DNA of 39,235 bases from Abditibacteriaceae bacterium. GTDB lineage: Bacteria > Armatimonadota > Abditibacteriia > Abditibacteriales > Abditibacteriaceae. The position numbers and the translations under genes were made by a program. A model generated the notes under the pieces. It saw only the letters and a program-made list of their open reading frames with translations, had not been told where the DNA came from and made no database searches. This document shows, piece after piece, positions 28,001 through 36,515 of the stretch; the stretch's first letter is position 1, and every line of letters starts with the position of its first letter. The stretch spans positions 1 to 39,235 of the forward strand of contig JANMKN010000070.1 of NCBI GenBank assembly GCA_031372065.1. Direction: 5' to 3'.

Positions 28001-29990
28001 CACGAACTTCGCGGGCACTTACAAACTGATTCTTCAGGATCGTTCCGTTCCTGATACCGGCAAGTTAATCGCTTTTGGCTTGACTTTTGATTTGCCGTGG
28101 ATACTCGTTGGCTCTGATGCGACGTCCGATGCAAATGGGCAATACACCTTGCCTTTTAATCCGAGCAGCATTCCGGGTGGCATTTATGACTTTAGAGCCG
28201 TGGCTGTGACCTTGCGTGATAATGTCGAAGACATCAACACCGACATTACGGTGATTTCGTCAACGAAACCGACCTATACCATCAGCGGAACCGTTACCAA
28301 AGCTGGCAGAGGTTTAGCTGGCGTTCGCGTAACACGATCCGGCGGCGGATTAGCCTCTGTTAGTGCGATCACAGATGGCAATGGCAAATACACACTTGCG
28401 CCTGGGATTGATGGGACTTATACCGTAACGCCGAGCCTAACGGGGCATTCGTTTACGCCTCTTTCGCAACGTATTACGCTCAATGGCGGCGATTTGGCGA
28501 ACATCAACTTCGTCGCCGTGGCGGGTTATAGCATCAGTGGCAAAGTTACCTCAACCACGGGCGCTCCTCTCGCCAACGTCACTGTCAAACGGACGGGCAC
28601 AACGGTAGCACCGGCGCCGGTGAGTGTTACGACAGATGCCAATGGTCTTTACAGTTTTGCGGGTCTGCCTTCAGCGAACTACACCATTACTCCCGTGCTG
28701 GCAAATGCGCAATTCACACCGCTCTCGCGCACTGTGACCTTGCGCACAACCAGCATTGAAAATGTGGACTTTAGTGGTGTTACCGGTTTTTCGATTAAAG
28801 GTCGCATCACGACGGTCAATGGCACACCCATCAATAACGTGCGCATCACGCGAGGCGGTGGCACAGTCACAGCGACAACGAACGTCAACGGCGAATATAC
28901 CTTGTCTGCTGTGCCCAATGGCACCTACTTTGTGGTGCCCTCGCGTGAAGGATTCACGTTTTTACCTATTTCTCGCACGGTTACTGTTCGTAACGCTGAT
29001 CTAACCAATGTGGACTTCGTGGCGGCACAAGGCGTGCGTATCACGGGGCGTGTGACCAACATGGCGAATTCCTCTTTGGGCGGCGTCCGCATAGAACGCA
29101 CTGGTTTTGGAGGCATGGTCGTTGCCGTCACCGATGCCGCCGGATTCTTTACCTTTGATAACGTGGAAGCAGGTAGTTATGTGATCAAGCCCGTAGCAAG
29201 GAACTACTCGTTCACGCCCGCTTTCCAAAACATCACGGTGCAGTTCGCGCCGCTGACAACCACTACGTTTCGTGGTTTATTTGACGCGACAACCCCCGCT
29301 CCAAGGGTCACTGCGCCAATCCCAGGGCGCAATTATCTGTCGTTGCCACAAGCAACCGGCACAACTACTGATGTCGGTTCAGGCGTGGCGAAGGTAACGG
29401 GGCGCCTGTTCCGGGCCGCCAAAGGTGATACTCCAGCCGCTTATTGGGCCGGAGGCAACAACTGGACGGCGACTTACACGACGGCCAACGAAATATTAGC
29501 GGCGGGCACGACCAGTTGGTATATCAACTTCCCTGCGCTCGTTCCCGGCACTTACAGTTTCCGCGCTGCTGCCACAGATCGTGCTGGCAATACCGGGGTT
29601 AGTCCCGACGTTCCCTTTACGATTGGCGGGGTTGGCCCATTGGTGAAGGTGACAGCGCCTTTGCCCGGCACATATACGTCCTTTATTCGTCCGAATCTGG
29701 TTTATGGCACAACGACCAGCAGTGGTGTGCCGGTGGTAAAAAACACTGTGCGTTTGTTCCGTGAAGCCAGCATCTTTGCACCTGCGGGCTATTGGGCAGG
29801 CGGCAATACATGGACGACGACTTATTCCGCAGCGCGTAACGAGGTGTTGGCGCAGGGTGTCTACGGCTGGCGCTTACTCCTACCAACCTTGGTGCCTACG
29901 ACTTACAACATCCGTGTAACGGCAACCGATTCCAGAGGCACAACTGGTAATTCATCGGATGTGGTGTTTAAAGTCACTAACGGCGCATAA
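25053..29990 (+). CDS. Secreted S8 subtilisin/kexin-like serine protease with two P domains, Ig-like and carboxypeptidase-regulatory-like repeats
   Basis: Triad ILDSG / DHGTACAG / GTSAACP, oxyanion FAAGN; P-domain motifs (H.RVQDL.I.L.APDG, G.WKL.V.D); repeated ISG.VT...G.Y....P..F.P units. Confidence 0.92.
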   Translation: MNSWSLWIKPALSTVRRAEIGRLGQAFLFVVLAILAGVVSNTQSANAQGYPDTQTVYFGDTPVNLTVSSQWSGVQVATNVSLDTTSRSGGGGTIYERQRIVLFPAVNGVVKTDAELKALPGAKRVVHVFNNAGLPPIVESDDILVRFQPGTTAVTAQQVALSVGAGLGAPLGPQSPSAFHVFVNTNTTAIAAANALRQKSEVMWAYPNFVWPRKQRLMPSDPLFAQQAHLLNSGQNNGLAGADVKAAQAWDLTIGSPQVTIAILDSGIDIDHEDLAGRIVAPRDTVDDDSDPRPIAGEDHGTACAGLALASINNSLGGSGVAPNCRLMPIRVITNFTTVADIDEAFMWAANNGADILSNSWGPPDNVPPTDPSQLLPTSTKDAIDFVTTSGRGGKGCVVLFAAGNGTENMDTDGFASYPRVIAVGASNNRDRQSSFSDFGTSLDVVAPGGDFPTGLITTDRMGAAGYVSGNYTAVGDVFVGTSAACPVAAGVAGLILSRSNSLTNLQVQQILQNTADKVGGVIYDVNGHNDNYGSGRVNAFAALQSVVVGPRFSISGTITQVDLVTPVAGVTVTAAAFGAVTTTAADGTYTLAGLPAGTTTVVPSNPNFSFTPPLRNVFIGASDVTGVNFVAQAIPKVTLIDPPSNTTINAPTYLMRATTANDAVVQRVDFERSGDPVDFNKASIITIPDADPNGPSVITDNLPVATTGNAASVIVRVNISHPRVQDLLINLIAPDGKRYLVYPQALPSFGTSLNLAVQVNVGSIPLAGIWKLEVSDTVDAPFDLIGSGTLVSWGLTIKPWVLIASTNRPDAVSGEWQATWPISQTPPGTYDVRAVAISNTGNQQDVHFNIVIPAPTIVLLNPLDNDTINAPIDLLAQATGVGVIQRVDFERRGKAPSFNKGSTASPLNLFIPDLSTVSTELIVPGGGVAVNATLHLELQHEYIGDVEITLVTPDGTQIVVLDDTTLNDPNFVRDIPLPQLVGTNFAGTYKLILQDRSVPDTGKLIAFGLTFDLPWILVGSDATSDANGQYTLPFNPSSIPGGIYDFRAVAVTLRDNVEDINTDITVISSTKPTYTISGTVTKAGRGLAGVRVTRSGGGLASVSAITDGNGKYTLAPGIDGTYTVTPSLTGHSFTPLSQRITLNGGDLANINFVAVAGYSISGKVTSTTGAPLANVTVKRTGTTVAPAPVSVTTDANGLYSFAGLPSANYTITPVLANAQFTPLSRTVTLRTTSIENVDFSGVTGFSIKGRITTVNGTPINNVRITRGGGTVTATTNVNGEYTLSAVPNGTYFVVPSREGFTFLPISRTVTVRNADLTNVDFVAAQGVRITGRVTNMANSSLGGVRIERTGFGGMVVAVTDAAGFFTFDNVEAGSYVIKPVARNYSFTPAFQNITVQFAPLTTTTFRGLFDATTPAPRVTAPIPGRNYLSLPQATGTTTDVGSGVAKVTGRLFRAAKGDTPAAYWAGGNNWTATYTTANEILAAGTTSWYINFPALVPGTYSFRAAATDRAGNTGVSPDVPFTIGGVGPLVKVTAPLPGTYTSFIRPNLVYGTTTSSGVPVVKNTVRLFREASIFAPAGYWAGGNTWTTTYSAARNEVLAQGVYGWRLLLPTLVPTTYNIRVTATDSRGTTGNSSDVVFKVTNGA

Positions 29991-30012
29991 CGAGCAGTCC
30001 ATCTTAATCCGT

Positions 30013-30051
30013 AAAAAACGCCCGCGAAACAAGATTTCGCGGGCGTTTTTT
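30013..30051. terminator. Bidirectional intrinsic terminator
   Basis: AAAAAACGCCCGCGAAA / TTTCGCGGGCGTTTTTT. Confidence 0.9.
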
Positions 30052-30093
30052 GTTGCATGGCTGGCCCAAACCGAAGAATTCTAATGATGTAGG

Positions 30094-30228
30094 TTTGTTT
30101 TTACGCCGGTTTAAGCCAGCGTCTGGCGGGGCAAAGCCTCCCTGCGCAGGCTTAAAATCAATAGTTTGTAGTCCGCGCAGGCGGACTTTGCTCTTGCAGA
30201 AGCCAGTTTCAACTGGCGTAAAAACAAA
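30094..30228. repeat. REP/REPIN-like palindromic element
   Basis: Terminal IR TTTGTTTTTACGCCGGTT / AACTGGCGTAAAAACAAA (17/18); internal inverted pair GCAAAGCCTCCCTGCGCAGGCT / AGTCCGCGCAGGCGGACTTTGC. Confidence 0.75.
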
Positions 30229-30264
30229 TTCGCACCACTGCTTATATGATCGGGCCAGAAATCT

Positions 30265-30556
30265 AAATCGTCGTCTTTGGAAGCCAAATCGTCGTCCTTG
30301 GAAGTCAAATCGTCGTGGTTGGAAGCCAAATAACCGTCTTTTAAACTTAAATATTAACCCAAGTTGCTATCTATAACCCACCCGTAAACGAGTGGGCTGA
30401 AAGGAATCAAAAGCCTCGTGAACGAGGCTGGACTTGCCATCTTTAGCCTCGTTTTCGAGGCTAAAGATGGCAAGTCCATTGCTTTAGCGGTGGGCTGCAA
30501 TAGGTGGCAACTTGGGTTAAATATTATAATTATTTGACTTCCAAGGACGACGATTT
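30265..30556. repeat. Three tandem 21-bp repeats plus a distal inverted copy
   Basis: AAATCGTCGTnnTTGGAAGYC at 30265, 30286 and 30307; 30532-30556 is the exact reverse complement of 30286-30310. Confidence 0.9.
30357..30517. mobile_element. 161-bp MITE-like element with 9-bp target site duplication
   Basis: TIRs ACCCAAGTTGCTATCTA / TAGGTGGCAACTTGGGT (15/17, first 11 perfect); TAAATATTA directly repeated at 30348-30356 and 30518-30526. Confidence 0.85.
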
Positions 30557-30654
30557 ACGCATTTTCGCTTAAAGTGATCGTTTGATTCGGGGCGTGTTCG
30601 ATGGACAACGCCAGACTGACCTTGCCGCGCGTGTCATTTCATTTGCGAACCGCT

Positions 30655-33441
30655 TCATGAGCGGATTGAGTTGGATTGTGGCAGTGTGACGATGAAAGTG
30701 GAGCCTTTGCCTTGCACGCTTCGCACTTCAATTGTGCCGCCATGCCCTTCGATTAGTTGTGATACCAAATATAAGCCTAAACCGGTGCCTTTGATGCCCA
30801 TGCGACGCGCGTCGGGCGTGCGATAGTATTTCTGAAAGAGCGACGCGACTTGCTCTCTACTCATACCCATACCATTATCTTGCACGCGGATCGTAATGTT
30901 AGCGGCGTCCGCCGTTAATTCCAGCGTGATATTTCCGCCTTGAGGCGAATACTTTATGGCATTCGATAGCAGATTAACCAGCACTTGCTCCAAGCGGTCT
31001 ATGTCGCCATCCATTATTAATTGATCTGGCCCAATGTAATCCAAGTTGTAGCCGCTACGGCCTACAACAGCCATTCGTTGCCCTTCTAATGTGTTCCGAC
31101 ACAAGGTTGCTACGTCAAAAGGCGCGTAGCTCAAATCTAATGTTTTGCCGGCTTCAATGCGCGAAATATCTAATAATTCGCCTATCAGACGATTCAGGCG
31201 CGTGCCCTGACGCATGATGGCATCAGTCATGGTCTTGCGCTGTTCATTGTCTAATTTATCGCCTGAGGTTTGTAACAGCGAAGCATAGCCTAATATGCTG
31301 GTTAGGGGTGAGCGCAATTCGTGCGCGACAAAGGACACAAAATCCGTCTTCATGGCATCCAAATCACGCTGGGCTGTGACATCCGCCACGGCTAACATCA
31401 AACCTATGAACTCGCCATCGGCGCCGGAAAGCGGCGTGAATTGAGCAGAGAGAATAGCACGCGCAGGGGAGGACGACTCGATATTATCATTCTTGGGTCG
31501 CGTGGTTTCGCAGTGTAATTTTTGATTGTCTAAAACTAAACCAGCTTGTGCCGCTTTGAGAACTTTGGCACAGAGCGCAGCCATGTCTGTCAGTTTGTGT
31601 TCGCTTAGGTGGGTGGCTAAGTCCGATGATAAAGGCGGCACGGCATCGCGCAAAACTTCATTGCCAGCGGTGTTGCAAAAAACTGTGATTCCTTTGCTAT
31701 CGGTAACGATGAGAGCCGTATGAATTCCTTCGACGGCGGCAGTCAACTTGGCGCTGTATTCGGCCATGAGAGCATTGGTTTGCACCAAGTTTTCGTCAGC
31801 TAATTCGATTTCGCCGCGCAGCAATTCATAATATTGAAGGTTCGCTAAGACTAAGGACGCTTCTTCAGCAATCGTTTCCAGCAGAGCAATGTCTCGCGTT
31901 TCAAAGGGCGGCGAACCTATTTTTCGCTGCACAGTCAGCACGCCGCCGCGCGGCACATTGGGCGAACTTGGCGAGCTTGATTTATCGGTATGGTGGTCGG
32001 GCAAAGGCACAACAAGAGTTGGCGCCGTTTTTTGGGGCTTTTGGGGCTGAACTTCACCCTCGAATATCAGATGAACTTCCTGTGCGCGCACTGCGGTGCG
32101 CGCGGTTTCGCAAATAACGCCGCGCAACTGTTGCAAATCGGTGCCTGAAGAAAGCAAAGCACTGCCGCGCGCCAGAGCGCTCATTGATTCATCGGCGCGC
32201 CAGTTTTGCTCCCATTCGTGCCTATAGCGAATGAGCGTCATCGAAGTCCAAGCCAAGGCACCCGCGCCCAAGGGCGTGGCGTAAGGCAACCACAAATTAG
32301 CGCGAAGCGATAGGAAAGCTACCATCCAAGTGGCTAAACAGAGTGCGCCAAACCAAAATACGCTGCCCCAGCCAAGACGAGTCGCCGCCAGACCACCAAG
32401 CAGGGCGCAAATCAGCAAAAGTCCGTAACGGCAAAGGAGGCTGCATTCGTATAAAGAGCGGCGCGATAAAATGTCGTCAGCAGCGTTGGCCTGCAATTCT
32501 ATCGCAGGTTGGTTGGGCGAAAAAGGCGTGGCACGCTGTTCGTAAGCTCCAGCTGCTGTAATCCCGACAAAAACCAGACTACCTTCGATGGCAGAGCGGC
32601 GGACATGACCATCTAACAGTTCGTTTATAGAAAACGTCGGAAAACTATGGTTGCCACCAATCCAGTTGACCAAGGCTTCGCCGTGCGCATCCAATGGCAC
32701 CATATTCTTGTCCAGCCACAAACCGGACTCCGTGGCCATGGCATCGTGAGGAGACAATCCCAGAAATGTTGTAGCCGCAGCCAAACCTAATGAAGGATAC
32801 ATCTGACCTCGATAGCAGATGAGGTGAGGAATTCGCCGTAAAGTGCCATCGGATTCGGGAAAAACATTGATGTGTCCCAAGGCGCGGGCACCTTGACGCA
32901 AAGGTAACAAGGCTGCCGAAGCCCAAACCGCATTCAAACAATGGCCTTTGCCGCTCAGTTGAAAACGTTTATCAAGACCACCTTGTTCGGCGGGCAAATT
33001 CACGGGCAACGGCGAATTTAATCCACCTGTTAGATGAAACACCATGGACTGCACAACGTTACCAGCTTCGCGGCAAGCAACGGCAAAATCGGCATCTTCA
33101 GCGGGACGTTCGGAAAGAGTAGGGAAAAGGGCGTCTATAGCAACGGTGCGGGCACCATTTCGATGCAATTCGCGCACGACTTTCGCATAGACACGACGCG
33201 GCAAAGGCCATTGATTCGCTCGTGACACACTTTCGTTATCAGCGACAATGATTATGATTTTAGGATGGGGATAGCGCGGTCCTCGCATCCCAAAAAGGCC
33301 GTCCAGTGCTTGACGTTCGAGGCTTTGTGTCCAACCCAAGGCACCAGCCACCGAAAAAGCGATGGCGGCTCCTATTCCCGCAAGCAGACCTTGCGCCCAA
33401 CGCGCCGTTGGTAGGCGAACCGGCAGGCGAAAGAATCGCAT
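30655..33441 (-). CDS. CHASE2-domain sensor histidine kinase
   Basis: CHASE2 motifs (WPLPR..YA, DGTLRR, TPF...P.IELQA), 3 TM, GAF-like and PAS-like segments, H-box AHELRSPL, NAIKYS, DNGMG, GTGLGL. Confidence 0.92.
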   Translation of the reverse strand: MRFFRLPVRLPTARWAQGLLAGIGAAIAFSVAGALGWTQSLERQALDGLFGMRGPRYPHPKIIIIVADNESVSRANQWPLPRRVYAKVVRELHRNGARTVAIDALFPTLSERPAEDADFAVACREAGNVVQSMVFHLTGGLNSPLPVNLPAEQGGLDKRFQLSGKGHCLNAVWASAALLPLRQGARALGHINVFPESDGTLRRIPHLICYRGQMYPSLGLAAATTFLGLSPHDAMATESGLWLDKNMVPLDAHGEALVNWIGGNHSFPTFSINELLDGHVRRSAIEGSLVFVGITAAGAYEQRATPFSPNQPAIELQANAADDILSRRSLYECSLLCRYGLLLICALLGGLAATRLGWGSVFWFGALCLATWMVAFLSLRANLWLPYATPLGAGALAWTSMTLIRYRHEWEQNWRADESMSALARGSALLSSGTDLQQLRGVICETARTAVRAQEVHLIFEGEVQPQKPQKTAPTLVVPLPDHHTDKSSSPSSPNVPRGGVLTVQRKIGSPPFETRDIALLETIAEEASLVLANLQYYELLRGEIELADENLVQTNALMAEYSAKLTAAVEGIHTALIVTDSKGITVFCNTAGNEVLRDAVPPLSSDLATHLSEHKLTDMAALCAKVLKAAQAGLVLDNQKLHCETTRPKNDNIESSSPARAILSAQFTPLSGADGEFIGLMLAVADVTAQRDLDAMKTDFVSFVAHELRSPLTSILGYASLLQTSGDKLDNEQRKTMTDAIMRQGTRLNRLIGELLDISRIEAGKTLDLSYAPFDVATLCRNTLEGQRMAVVGRSGYNLDYIGPDQLIMDGDIDRLEQVLVNLLSNAIKYSPQGGNITLELTADAANITIRVQDNGMGMSREQVASLFQKYYRTPDARRMGIKGTGLGLYLVSQLIEGHGGTIEVRSVQGKGSTFIVTLPQSNSIRS

Positions 33442-33450
33442 ATCGTTATT

Positions 33451-34620
33451 CTAAGGCGTTAACGAGCCGCCACCGCCAAGTATTCCGCCTCCGCCGCCCA
33501 AGATTCCCCCGCCAGAACCGCCACCGAGAATTCCACTGCCGGAGCCGCCCCCTAATATTCCACCGCCCCCTAAAAGGCCACCATTTCCCAAAAGACCATT
33601 GATAAGTCCGCCGGGCAATCGCAGCAAATTCGGTAGATTTAGGTTCGTCCCATCAATAGTGTAAAGCGTGCCGAGAGGCGCTAAAGAACTCACTTTGACC
33701 GTGGTTAAGCGGACTTTGCCTTCGTGAACGAGGATGCTCATTTGCGGCCCATTCGTGCCTGTAGCAACAGTGATATCGAACTTTGTGCCCAGCGCACCCG
33801 CCGTGGCTGTCGGCGTGACAACATCGAATTTCGAACCAGTATGAACGTGGTAAGAAACTGTCCCCGATAGCTGGCGAATCAAGGTGTAAAGCGGCCCTTG
33901 CGTTTGCCCGGCTATATACGACTGCAAAAGCGTCACTTCGGCGTTGCTTTGTAGCGAAGCTGTTGAGCCATCGGCGTATTCGATAACGGCCATGCCCGAT
34001 GACCCCGTGCGCACAATATCGGCCCCGTGCAGTTCCATGTCCACAGTGCCTGCGGAAGGCGCGTTGTCCGGCGATTGCACTGTCACACCGTTGGCCGAGG
34101 TCAATTTAGCCGGGCGCGTTGCAAATTGCCTCACGAAACGACCCAAATAGGCTTGCTCGCCAGCGTTACCATTAGCTTCGTGAAATGGACACACCAAAAC
34201 AGGTAATTCTGGATTATCGCGCGGGGCGCGAGGCACATAAAACGCCTCGTAGGTTCCATCGGGATCGGGATTTGATGGACAATGCATCTCTTCAATGCTC
34301 GGCAGATACTTTTTGTCCAGCAACACCTTTAAATGCCCCGGAAATTCGCCATATTCCTGACGATGAGCATCCAAAGCCAATGCGATAGCCTTTAGCCGTG
34401 CGTCACATTGCACACGTTGGGCAGTTACGCGGCTACGGCCCAACGTGCTAAACAACCCCGCACTGAGCAGAGTGATAATTGCCATGACCGTCAGAACCTG
34501 AATTAATGTCCAACCGGGCGTTTTGCGACGGCCCGTGCGGATTCCACCTTGCGTTTTTTGATCAACCAACACGCGTCTTTCACTTTCTTTGCCTCTTGCC
34601 ACCGTTTTGTTTTGATGCAT
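33451..34620 (-). CDS. Prepilin-like N-terminus fused to a FecR-like domain and Gly-rich tail
   Basis: G^WTLIQVLTVMAIITLL, then C...LKAIALAL; FecR-like DIVRTG..G.A.I.YADGS and FDVVTPTATAGALGTKF..V.EGKV; GGAG RBS before ATG 34620. Confidence 0.75.
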   Translation of the reverse strand: MHQNKTVARGKESERRVLVDQKTQGGIRTGRRKTPGWTLIQVLTVMAIITLLSAGLFSTLGRSRVTAQRVQCDARLKAIALALDAHRQEYGEFPGHLKVLLDKKYLPSIEEMHCPSNPDPDGTYEAFYVPRAPRDNPELPVLVCPFHEANGNAGEQAYLGRFVRQFATRPAKLTSANGVTVQSPDNAPSAGTVDMELHGADIVRTGSSGMAVIEYADGSTASLQSNAEVTLLQSYIAGQTQGPLYTLIRQLSGTVSYHVHTGSKFDVVTPTATAGALGTKFDITVATGTNGPQMSILVHEGKVRLTTVKVSSLAPLGTLYTIDGTNLNLPNLLRLPGGLINGLLGNGGLLGGGGILGGGSGSGILGGGSGGGILGGGGGILGGGGSLTP

Positions 34621-34859
34621 AGCACTCCATCCACGCCAATTTTTCACACTGTCAAATCCGTTATTCCATATTGCAAGCAAAAGTTTTATGTGACATTTTT
34701 TGCAGTCTACAAATTTCGCCGTTACACTTTCGCCAAATTGACCTGATGTTCCACACTTTTGCACAAAAACCGACACGGTGTAACAAGTTTGAAGCGGAAC
34801 AAGGTGCAAATTCAAAACCCGGACTGTATTTATGAATTTGAAACGCGAACTCTGCTGTC

Positions 34860-34883
34860 TGACGTTTATACTGACAAACGTCA
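34860..34883. promoter_or_regulatory. Candidate operator palindrome in a divergent promoter region
   Basis: TGACGTTT-N8-AAACGTCA. Confidence 0.35.
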
Positions 34884-34902
34884 AGAAAGGGATTGGGTAA
34901 TT

Positions 34903-35631
34903 ATGCAGGAACCACCCTCCGCTTTATCTCCCAAGAATGGCGCGGCGAATGGCCCTGAAACCATGCCCGCTTCTGTTCCTGTGCCTCTCCCGCCATTTGT
35001 GCGGGCCTATCAAGGCGCGGCTTTTGCGTTGTCAGCCTTGCTGTCGCCTTATTTAGTCATCCCCGGCGGAACTTTGGGCATTGTGGCCTCACAACCAACT
35101 CCGCCGGGCGCCAATGCGCGTCGCACTTTGCTGGTGTGGAGTTCGCTCAGTGTTTTGTTTTCTACAATTGTGCCGGCGCTTTTTGTCCTGATTCAGGTAT
35201 TGCGCGGAAAAATAACCGATGTTCATGTGATGGAACGTGAGCAACGCGGCGGGCCGTTTGTGGTGGCGATTATTTCTTCTGCTGTAGGGGCCGGAGTTTT
35301 GAAACTTATTGACGCGCCAGCTTCAGTCTGGACTCTTGGGCTTGTGTTAGCTGTCAATGGCATCGTGATGTTGTGGATTACATCATTTTGGAAGATTTCG
35401 ATGCACGTTTCGGTTTTGTCTGCCACTGTTTTTGCCGCCATTGTGACAATTCCCGGTGTGACGCACTGGCAATTGTTGCTCTTGGTGCCCGCGCTGATTT
35501 GGGCACGCGTGACGCGAGGTCGCCATTCCTTGTGGCAAGGCGTCGGCGGGGCAGGAATCGCCTGCATTGTTACCGCCGGCGTGCTTTACAGCATAAAAAT
35601 GTGGCCCAAAGTGGCCGCATTATGGCAATAA
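34903..35631 (+). CDS. PAP2-like integral membrane protein
   Basis: Multiple TM segments; WKISMH and WARVTRGRHS..Q motifs. ATG 34903 taken as the start. Confidence 0.7.
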   Translation: MQEPPSALSPKNGAANGPETMPASVPVPLPPFVRAYQGAAFALSALLSPYLVIPGGTLGIVASQPTPPGANARRTLLVWSSLSVLFSTIVPALFVLIQVLRGKITDVHVMEREQRGGPFVVAIISSAVGAGVLKLIDAPASVWTLGLVLAVNGIVMLWITSFWKISMHVSVLSATVFAAIVTIPGVTHWQLLLLVPALIWARVTRGRHSLWQGVGGAGIACIVTAGVLYSIKMWPKVAALWQ

Positions 35632-35658
35632 ACGGCCTAAAAGCTCCCAGAGATTCTC

Positions 35659-36456
35659 ATGACCACAATAGAAACTGCGCCGATTGTGCAGCCTTTGCAA
35701 CTCAGCGAGGGCGAAATCCGATTTTACCAGGAGGAAGGCTATTTGGTGATTCCCGGCTTGTTAAAGGCGGAATTCATTGAAGCCTTGCGCGCCGAAGTTC
35801 TAAAGGTCATGGAAGCCGCTGGAGCTACGCGTGAATCACTGCGTCAAGCCACGGAAACCAAACACAAACTTATCCAAAGCGGCCAATATTTGGCTGGAAG
35901 CCATTTGGATGGTTTTATCAACAGCGCGGATTTGCTTTCAATCGCCGCGCAATTGATGGGTGGGCCGAGTTCGTTGTATATGCCGTTTACTGCCGTCAAA
36001 AGTGGCGGCGGTGGCGGGCGGTTTCATTTTCATCAGGACAATCAATACACGCGGCACGAAGGTCATTCGATTAATATCTGGTTCGCGCTATCACCGATGT
36101 CTCCCGAAAATGGTTGTTTGCAAATCGTGCCGCGCTCACATTTGGCGGGCACCTTAAATGCGATTGGTAGCAGCGATGGCGATGGTCATCGCATGGTGGC
36201 AGAGGAACCAGATCGTTTTTTGCCTTTGCGAATGCATCCCGGCGATGCCGTGGCGTTTTCGCGTCTGACTTTGCATGGCTCTGGCCCGAATCACACCGAT
36301 GAACCGCGTCTGGCCTATGCGGTGCAATTTCATCGCAATGATACCACTGCTTTTTTCGACGGCGAGTCGAAACTTCTCACCGAACGCCCTCGTTTCAATA
36401 CGCGACCTGCCGCCGAACTTTCCAAACCTCAAGCCAAATCGCAAGATGGGCATTAA
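35659..36456 (+). CDS. PhyH family Fe(II)/2OG dioxygenase
   Basis: Y.EEGYL, FHQDN, ENGCLQIVPRSH, LHGSGPN...R. Confidence 0.9.
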   Translation: MTTIETAPIVQPLQLSEGEIRFYQEEGYLVIPGLLKAEFIEALRAEVLKVMEAAGATRESLRQATETKHKLIQSGQYLAGSHLDGFINSADLLSIAAQLMGGPSSLYMPFTAVKSGGGGGRFHFHQDNQYTRHEGHSINIWFALSPMSPENGCLQIVPRSHLAGTLNAIGSSDGDGHRMVAEEPDRFLPLRMHPGDAVAFSRLTLHGSGPNHTDEPRLAYAVQFHRNDTTAFFDGESKLLTERPRFNTRPAAELSKPQAKSQDGH

Positions 36457-36515
36457 GCCAGCGTCACGCGGAGTGTGCCGCCATTTAAATCTCGTCCAGC
36501 GCCCGAAACTTGAAT

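Noticed and set aside
30050..30376. 108-aa (+) and 72-aa (-) ORFs with 7-aa repeats
   Set aside because: They lie entirely in terminator, REP, 21-bp repeat and MITE DNA, with no RBS.
34621..34902. N-terminal extensions of ORFs 33451..34884 and 34759..35631 (also 20380 and 20585)
   Set aside because: They would overlap head-to-head; downstream starts fit better and leave normal divergent promoter regions.
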